DNA of 64,000 bases from the human T2T-CHM13v2.0 reference genome, Homo sapiens. The translations under genes and the position numbers were made by a program. Location: assembly GCF_009914755.1 (NCBI RefSeq), contig NC_060926.1. One strand, written 5' to 3'. A model generated the notes under the pieces. That model saw nothing but the letters and a program-made list of their open reading frames with translations, did no database searches and had not been told where the DNA came from. Of this stretch, positions 56,436-64,000 are shown in pieces (the stretch's first letter is position 1; every line of letters begins with the position of its first letter).

Positions 56436-57319
56436 ATTGATTGATAACCTATGAGGTATATCTGTCACCTCCCTGGAAAGAGGCAACAGAAGTCTGGGAG
56501 CCAGTCCTCTAATCGCATCGACTCAAAGGGCCAGGTATTTCTTACATGGACTCCTATTGCCTTTAGCATGTCTTGCCTTGCAAGCACAGCAATTATATTG
56601 ACATTGCTCTGTGCTTGAATTCCATAGACTACCAACAGTTTATTACATTCACTCAAAATTCTCACACTGCATTTATCCCCCGTTGACTCTTCCAAAGATG
56701 TGCTTCTCTTTCTTCCTCCACCTCTATTGAAGAACCTGGAATGATTTTCCAGGCATTTATTCTTCAATTTATAAGCAGATACATGGAAGCATACTCTATA
56801 AACAGAAAGGCAATTTGTTTAGGGGTCAAAAAATGATGCTCAGTTTTAAAGTTCTAAATTTGAATGTCCTCATTTTTTGAGAATGTTTCCTACTTCATTT
56901 ATTTAAAACTTAATTTATGCAATAAGATTGCCAGGAACATATGCCAGTTAGACTTAAATGCTAAAATGAGAATTACTAGGTTCCCCACCATGACCTTTGG
57001 GTACAGCTCTAGGCTTCCAGTTTTGAAATAGTCACTTTTCTTGGGAAGGGGTGGGGGAAGGTGGGAGGTGGGCAATAAAATTAACACTGAGATACCTCTA
57101 CTGTCTTATTCCTTCCCCATTTCTGTTCATTTACTGAATGTGATAACTACACTTTCCCTTCATTATCTTTTAAAATGATTAATTTTAAGTCAATTCCAAA
57201 ATATTTTATGTCCAAGTCCAAAGGGTCCAGATTGATGGTGAGCCAGGCTGAAGAAAGGCTGGGGCAGCACAAAGAAGTAGGAGGAGACTGGGGAGCTCCA
57301 TGTGCGTGCCTCCATCATG

Positions 57320-57490
57320 AGAGTGACACAACACATTACAGTTATTATAATACCTCTATTTTCTTACCTATACCAAATATTCATCTGCAGACAGGGACCA
57401 TGTCTTATTCATCCTATAACCCAAGTAAGTACTACATTTTTAGCACATAGCATGTTCCTAATAAATGTATTACATAAATGAGTGTCTGAA
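57320..57490 (+). mobile_element. L2 3' end
   Basis: 'cagggaccatgtcttattcatc...tagcacatagcatgttcctaataaatgtattacataaatgagtg'. Confidence 0.65.
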
Positions 57491-57599
57491 ATTTGCAAAG
57501 TTGAAGGTTTACTACCTCATATTCCTAAATCCTTTTCAGGAAACACAATTCATCCAGATACACAGTATAGACAGGATCTTTTACAATCTGCAGCATATT

Positions 57600-58260
57600 T
57601 CCACCAAGGATGAAAGGCTCGCAAGATTGATTTTTGGGTCAACTGTTACAGGCCAAGAAAACCCAAATCTCCACATGGTGACTAAATAATCATTTATCCT
57701 TTCTGGGGATATCCAATGACAAAGATATCCAAAGTCAAGAGTGAGAGTCTCTGTAATACTCAACAGCTTTCTTCATCCAACAAATCTCCTGCATGAAAGG
57801 CAAGTGAACCTCACTGAAGAAATTTTTAAGTAAAGGATCAGGAGGGCCTCAGGAGAATTCAGATATAAGTGTTTGAAGATGTTAATCCTACTTGCATTAG
57901 AGCAAACCCAGCTACAAAGAAAAACAAAGAAACATCAAAGGATGAATACAAAATGCAAATACTCAAATGTGGTAAATCAATCACGACCTATGGTACAAAG
58001 CCCCAAATACAAGGTATCAGCAAAGACACTGACCAATTTTCCAAGCAGAGCCAGAAGAAAGGAAAAGCATGATTCATAGCACCTGGAGAGATAGAAAGCA
58101 CATTAAATGGATAAAGCAAAGAAAAATGAAGAAGGATTTCATGGAGCAGCAAATAAAGAAAGTGACAAATCTGACTCCCCTGTGGCAGACAGACAGATGG
58201 ATGTTTTTTCTGCATTTTTACAGGTCATACTACACACAGTTACTGCACACCACAAAGCTG
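57600..58260 (+). mobile_element. Decayed RTE-clade LINE ORF fragment (L4/L5-like)
   Basis: Collinear peptide motifs across frameshifts: NSFLH..NLTEEIFK*RIRRASGEF; KMQILKCGKSITTYGT; TLTNFPSRARR; STWRDRKHIKWIKQR. Confidence 0.65.
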
Positions 58261-58334
58261 AACAATGGAGTCAAAAGGAGTTCAGAATAGAGATATAACG
58301 GCCACATTGTATATTTGTAAATACCACTTCTTCA

Positions 58335-58620
58335 TGCATTCACTCATTCATTCATTCATTCATTCATTCAACAAGTCTTTTGAGATCAGACAAAATCAGG
58401 CACGTCCAGGGTGGTATGGCTGAAGATGATTCAAATCTTTGTCGAGTATTTCCAGTTGCCACACATTGCTCCAAAAACCAAGATAAATTAGCCAGTTTTC
58501 CTACAAGGAAAGAGCATAATGTTCATGCAAGTAGACAGATGTAAACAAATAAATTATTCTGCAATGTTTTAAGTGCTATGATGGAAGCAGTGTAATAAAA
58601 GCCAACTCAACCCCAGAAGG
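58335..58620 (-). mobile_element. L2 3' end with (CATT)n tail, host of the 5S fragment
   Basis: 'cattcactcattcattcattcattcattcaacaag...gagtattt...gccacacattgctc...aagtgctatgatggaag'. Confidence 0.7.
58381..58427 (-). pseudogene. 5S rRNA retropseudogene fragment (5' ~47 nt)
   Basis: Reverse complement ATCTTCAGCCATACCACCCTGGACGTGCCTGATTTTGTCTGATCTCA aligns to the 5S 5' end GTCTACGGCCATACCACCCTGAACGCGCCCGATCTCGTCTGATCTCG; about half the mismatches are at CpGs. Confidence 0.92.
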
Positions 58621-58679
58621 CAGAAAATAAGTATCATTGATTATAAGAGTCAGTCTGATTTTTAGGGATGATACACTGA

Positions 58680-59250
58680 AAAACATAAAATAAGGTTATA
58701 CAATATTCAAATATAGTAGCAATCTTACAAATATAAATGGAATATATACCTATTTTCATACAATAATAAAAATATTTTTAATTCAGATGAACAGTTTAAA
58801 GAGTTAACTTTAGAAGAAAATGAAACAGAAAGTTCAATAGAGAAGGATAGAAAAATATATAAAAGGGCAGACACACTCAAAAGCAAACATGTAGAGCAGC
58901 ATTAATATCAGGAAGAAAAATACAAGACAAAAGTATTAATGGCTGTAAAGTGAAACACTATATATTATTAGAAGTATATTCACTACAAAGAAAACAATTT
59001 TTAGCTTTAATGGTCTATAAGGGCAGAAATTACAAAGCAAAATTATATAACTAAATAGAAATTGAAAAAGAATGTTAATCATAGAAAGAGATTCTAATTA
59101 TTTTTTCAGGAACAGATTATTTATACAAACAAATAGAAATAATGTAAGATTTTTGAAAAACAATGTTAACAAGCTTGATCTAATTTTTATAGAGATAATC
59201 CTTTATCTAACAAATAAATAATATATATTACTTCCCATTACATGTAACAC
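58680..59250 (+). mobile_element. Old L1 ORF2 (endonuclease region) relic
   Basis: A-rich; 'gcattaatatcagga', 'ttaacaagcttgatctaat', 'aagactgataatgcact'. Confidence 0.5.
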
Positions 59251-59568
59251 TCCTAAGACTGATAATGCACTACAATTTTTTTACCATATCTAAAGTTGTT
59301 TATAAGATGTTCCATTATTTTAAGGAATACCAAGAAAAAAAAGTTACCACTGGTTAATAGCCATGAATTGCTATACATAGTCCAATTTCAGGGATTGGAA
59401 ATCAGAAAAACAATTAATTTATAATCAATAAAATATGATAATTAACTAAGTAACTCAGTAAATCTCAAGCATTTAGCAAGGTTTCTCACTATAGTAAAAT
59501 TAAATAAAAATTAAATTAATACACAATTGCTAAGAATAAAATAACTGTTAAAATGTATATAATACATC

Positions 59569-59920
59569 TGTGATAGAGAATGCAAGTGCTTACCCCAATT
59601 CATGTTGTCTCCATTTCCTGGACAAGAAGCTATATAATATTTCACAGCCGCCATCTCCTCCCATGCAAATAGGTATGACCATATGACAGAGTTAAGATAA
59701 TGAAATGTGATTGGTTGTGATATATGTAATTGTGGGCCAAGGCTCTTAAGAAGCAAGTGTGCTTGCCCCATGTTCTCTTCCCTCCTTCTATGATAAATGA
59801 AAGAAACACAAGGTAGATAAATGATGGTAACTGAGTAAGCTGGAAGGATCCTGGACTTGATTTACCTATGGATAAACCAACGTACCACCTACCAAATAAG
59901 AAAATCCATTCAGACACACA
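59569..59920 (+). mobile_element. MLT1-family LTR, 3' part apparently missing
   Basis: 'ccatttcctggac...atttcacagcc...gtatgaccatatgacagagtt...ggctcttaagaagcaagtgtgc'. Confidence 0.6.
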
Positions 59921-59924
59921 CATT

Positions 59925-60915
59925 AATAGAGAAAATGACTCCAGAGCATGTCCAAGACCTTCACAGCAGCCCCACCCATCACAGGCCCTGAGGCCTAGGA
60001 GGGAAAAATGGTTTTGGAGGCTGGTCCCAGGGCCCCCTGTCTATGCAGCCTCAGGACATGGTGCCCTGCATCCCAGCTGCTTCAGCTCCAGCCATGGCTA
60101 AAAGGGGCCAAGGTATGGCTCAGGCCATTGCTTCACAGGGTGCAAGACCCAAGCTTTGGCAGCTTACACATGGTGTTGGGCCTACGGGTGCACAGAAGTC
60201 AAGAATTGAGGTTGGGGAACCACCTCCTAGATTTCAGAGGATGTATGGAAATGTCTGGGTGCCCAGGCCAAAGGTTGCTGCAAAGGCAGACTCCTCATGG
60301 AGAACCTTTACTAGGGCAGTGGGTAAGGAAAATATGGGGTTGGAGTCCCCACAAAGAGTCCCAACTGGAGCACTCCTAGTGGACCTGTGAGAAGAGGGAC
60401 ACTCCTTCAGACCCCAGAATGGTAGATTCACTGACAGCATGCACCATGTGCCTGGAAAAGTCACAGACACTCAATGCCAGCCTGTAAAAGCAGCCAGTAA
60501 GGGGTCTGTATCCAGCAAAGCCACAGGGTCAGAGCTGCCTGAGGCTGTGGGAGCACACTTTTTGCATCAGCATGACCTGGATGTGAGATATGGGGTCAAA
60601 GGAGACAATTTTGGCATTATAAGGTTTAATGACTACCCTATTGGATTTCAGAATTGTGTGGGATCTGTAGTCCCTTGATTTTGGCCAATTTATCCCATTT
60701 GGAATGGGTGTATTTACCTGATGTCTGTACCCCCATTGCATCCAGGAAGTAACTAACTTGCTTTTGATTTTATAGACTCATAGGCAGAAGGGACTTGCCT
60801 TCTCTCAGAAGAGACTTTGGTCTTAGACTTTTGAGTTCATGCTAGAATAAGACTTTGGGGAACTATTGGAATGACATTATTGCATTTTGAAATGTGAGAG
60901 GGGCCAGAGAAGGAA
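59925..60915 (+). mobile_element. THE1/MST internal sequence (3' ~1 kb)
   Basis: 'cccatcacaggccctgaggcctaggagggaaaaatggttt...cagaagtcaagaattgagg' ending in the polypurine tract gaggggccagagaaggaa. Confidence 0.92.
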
Positions 60916-61600
60916 TGATATGGTTTGGCTGTGTCCCCACCCAAATCTCATCTTGAATTATAGTTCCCATGATTCCCATGTGTCATGGGAGGGTCCTGGT
61001 AGGAGGGGATTGAATCATGGGGGCAGTTACCCTCATGATGATCTTGTAATAGTGAGTTCTCATAAAATCTGATGGTTTTATAAGGGGCTTTTCCCCCTTT
61101 GCTCGGCACTTCTCTCTCCTGCTGCCATGTGAAGGACATTTCTACTCCCCCTTCCACTATGATTGTAAGTTTCCTGAGGCCTCCCCAGTCATACAGAATT
61201 GTGAGTCAATTAAATCTATTTCTTTTATAAATTACCCAGTCTTGGGGTATTTCTTTTTTTTTCTTTCTTTTTTTTTTTTTTTAACACAGAGTCTCAGTCT
61301 ATCGCTCAGACTAGAGGGCAGTGGTGCAATCTCAGCTCACTGCGACCTCTGCCTCCAGGTTCAAGAGATTCTCCTGCCTCAGCCTCCTGAGTAGTTGGGA
61401 TTACAGACGCATGCCACCACACCAGGCTAATTTTCATATTTTTAGTAGAGACGGGGTTTCACCATGTTGGCCAGGCTAGTCTCGAACTCCTGACCTCAGG
61501 TGATCTGCCCACCTTGGCCTCCCAAAGTCCTGGGATTAGAGGCGTGAGCCACTGCACCGCCGGGTATTTCTTAATAGCAACGTGAGAATAGGCTAATACA
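60916..61600 (+). mobile_element. THE1 (THE1D-like) 3' LTR interrupted by an Alu
   Basis: tgatatggtttggctgtgtccccacccaaatctcatcttgaatt...ggctaataca. Confidence 0.92.
61256..61561 (-). mobile_element. AluSx-like
   Basis: Antisense dimer; TSD gggtatttctt at 61245-61255 and 61562-61572. Confidence 0.95.
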
Positions 61601-62453
61601 GACAGTAACTTAATAGAAAAATATGAGTGTTCTGACTGCTCCACCAACACTGTCCTCAGTTCTCCTCATTTCCTGACATGCAACAATATCAAATTAGGCC
61701 AATTAATGAGCCTAAAGAGGGCTGTAAGTATTCAAGTGAAAGGAAGAGTTGCATTTCTGTCACTAAATCAAAAGCTAGAAATGATTAAGCTTAGTGAGGA
61801 AGGCATATTGAAAGCTGAGTCAGGGTGAACACTAGGCCTCTTACACCAAACAGCCAAGTTGTGAATGCAAAAGAAAAATTTTTGAAGGAAATTAGAAGAT
61901 CTACTTCAGTGAAATATAAATGATAATGATAAATGATAGCCTTATTGATGATATGGAGGAAGTTTTAATTGTCTGTATAGATCAAACCAGCCACAACATT
62001 CCCTTAATCCAAAGCCTAGTCCAGTAAAAGGCCCTATCTCATTCCAATTCTATGAAGGCTGAGAGGGGTGAGGTGGCTGCAGAAGAAAATTTGGCAGCTA
62101 GCAGAGGCTAATTAATAAGGTTTAAGGAAATAAGTCATTTCCATAACAAAAAGTACAAGGTGAGGGTGTAAGAGTTGATGTAGAAGCTGCAGCAAATTAT
62201 CCAGAAGACCAAGCAAAGATAATTGATGAAATTGGCTACACTAGACAACACATTTGCAGGGCAGACAAAGCAGCCTTCTCTTGAATGCCATCTAGGACTT
62301 ACATTGCTAAGAGGAAAAGTCAATGCTTGGCTTCAAAGCTTCAAAGCACAGGCTGACTCTTTAGGGGCTAATGGAGCTGGCAACTCTTAGTTGAAGCCAG
62401 TGCCCATTTACCATTGTGAAAATTCTAAAGCCCTTAAGAATTATGCTAAAGCT

Positions 62454-62809
62454 GGCCAGGCATGGTAGCTCACGCCTGTATTCTCAGCACTTTGAGAGGC
62501 TGAGGCAGGGGGATCACCTGAGGTCAGGAGTTCAACTCCAGCCTGAGGTCAGGAGTTCAACTCCAGCCTGAGGTCGGGAGTTTGAGACGAGCCTGACCAA
62601 CATGGAGAAACCCCGTCTCTACTAAAAACACAAAAGTAGCTGGGCGTGGTGGTGCATGTCTGTTATTCCAGCTATTCGGGAGGCTGAGGCAGGAGAATTC
62701 GCTTGAACCCGGGAGGCGGAAGTTGCGATGAGCCGAAATCATGCCACTGTACTCCAGCCTGGGCCATGAGAGCGAAACACCATCTCAAAAAAAATAAAAA
62801 CAAACAAAA
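62454..62809 (+). mobile_element. AluSp with internal 25-bp tandem amplification
   Basis: Sp diagnostics (ggtcgggag, tgaccaacatggagaaa). TSD aagaattatgctaaa. Confidence 0.95.
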
Positions 62810-63431
62810 AAGAATTATGCTAAAATTACACTACCTGTGCTCTATGAATGAAACAATGAAGTGTAGATGACCACACACCTGTTTACAGGATAGTTCACTG
62901 AAGATTTTAAGCTCTCTGTTGAGACCTACTACTCATATAAAAAGATTTTTAAAGTATTACTGCTCATTTTCAACATACTTGGTCACTCAAGAGGTCAAAG
63001 TTGTATAAGGATATTAATATTGTTGTCATGCTTCCTAACACAGCATCCATTCTGCAGTCCATAAATCAAGGAGTAATTTCAACTTTAAAGTCTTATTGCT
63101 TAAGAAATACATTTCAAAAGGCTATAGCTTCCATAGATATGATTCCTCTGATGGATCTGGGCAAAATAAATTGAAAACCTTCTGGAAAGGATTCGCCATT
63201 GTAGATGTCATTAAAAACATTAATGATTCCCAGAAAAAGGTCAAAATATCAACATTCATAAGATTATAGAAGAAGTTGATTCCATCCTTCATGGATGACT
63301 TTGAGAGGTTCAAGACTTCAGTGGAGAAAGTAACAACATATGTGGCAGATATAGTAACAGAAATAGAACTAGAAGTAGAGGCCGAAAATGTGCCTGCATT
63401 GCTGCAACCTCATAATAAAATTTGAATGATT

Positions 63432-63600
63432 AGCCAGGCATGTGCTATGAGCACATGCTCATAGCCCCAGCTACTCAGAAGGCTGAAGAAGGAGGATCAC
63501 TTGAGCCCAGAGTTTGAGGATGCAGAGAGCTATACTCACGCCACTGCACTCCAGCCTGCATGGCAGAGTAAGATCCTATCTCTGAAAAAAGAAAAAAAAG
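63432..63600 (+). mobile_element. Alu right monomer (FRAM or truncated AluJ) inside Tigger1
   Basis: 'ggaggatcacttgagcccag...gccactgcactccagcctg' followed by an A-rich tail. Confidence 0.85.
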
Positions 63601-64000
63601 TTAACAGAAGAGGAATTCCTTCCATGGATGAGCTAAAAAAGTGGTTTGTTGAGATCAAATTTACTCCTGATAAAGATCCTGTGAACACTGAAATGACAAC
63701 AAAGGATTTTGAATATTATATAACCTTAGTTGACCAAACAGCAGCAGTTTGAGAGGACTGACTCCACTTTTGAAAGAAGTTCTACTGTGGGTTAAATGCT
63801 ATCAAATAGCCTCATATGCTACAGAGAAATCTTTTATGAAAGAAAGAGTCCATCGATGCAACATACCTCACTGTTGTCTTATTTTTAAAAATTGCCACAG
63901 CTACCCCAATCTTTAGCAACCACCACCCTGATCAGCCAGCAAATATCAACATCAAGGCAAGACCCTCCACCAGCAAAAAGATTATAACTCACTGAAATAC

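Larger units (their letters stand above)
61601..64000 (+). mobile_element. Tigger1 DNA transposon (5' end missing, transposase disrupted, runs off the window)
   Basis: 'ttcaagtgaaaggaagagt...aatcaaaagctagaaatgattaagcttagtgaggaaggcat...caacatcaaggcaagaccctccaccagcaaaaagatta', with multiple stops and indels. Confidence 0.93.

Noticed and set aside
60008-60678. ORFs of 115-123 aa
   Set aside because: Remnants of the broken THE1/MST internal ORF.
61000-61020. DUX4 site in the THE1 LTR
   Set aside because: The position reads GGATTGAATCA, so the TAA start of the motif is lost.
61700-63440. Domesticated Tigger transposase gene
   Set aside because: The start region is mutated, there are many stops and indels, and two Alu insertions interrupt the element.

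Overview
AT-rich, CpG-depleted catarrhine primate genomic DNA (human-like: AluS/AluY, L1PA, THE1D/MSTA, Tigger1). I find no convincing protein-coding exon, CpG island or intact RNA gene, so the window reads as intergenic or deep-intronic. The supplied ORFs are either short chance ORFs or are derived from repeats (Alu, L1 ORF2, THE1-int). The window is a layered transposon fossil record: about 11 Alus, several L1s, MaLR/ERVL/ERV1 LTRs, MER2, MER5, an ORSL-like hAT element, Tigger1 and many MIR/L2 relics. The most notable observations are: (1) a decayed RTE-clade LINE reading frame still recognisable at protein level (~57.6-58.3 kb); (2) a tailless 5S rRNA retropseudogene; (3) a twin-primed, 5'-inverted L1; (4) an AluSp whose B-box region is tandemly amplified into two identical DR2 nuclear-receptor elements; (5) an unexplained 25-bp direct repeat 1151 bp apart; (6) an inferred deletion breakpoint near 59.92 kb; (7) a CTCF-like motif and a few enhancer-like motif clusters. 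I cannot support a new biological system from this sequence alone. Subfamily names come from remembered consensus sequences, and boundaries of old repeats are approximate.
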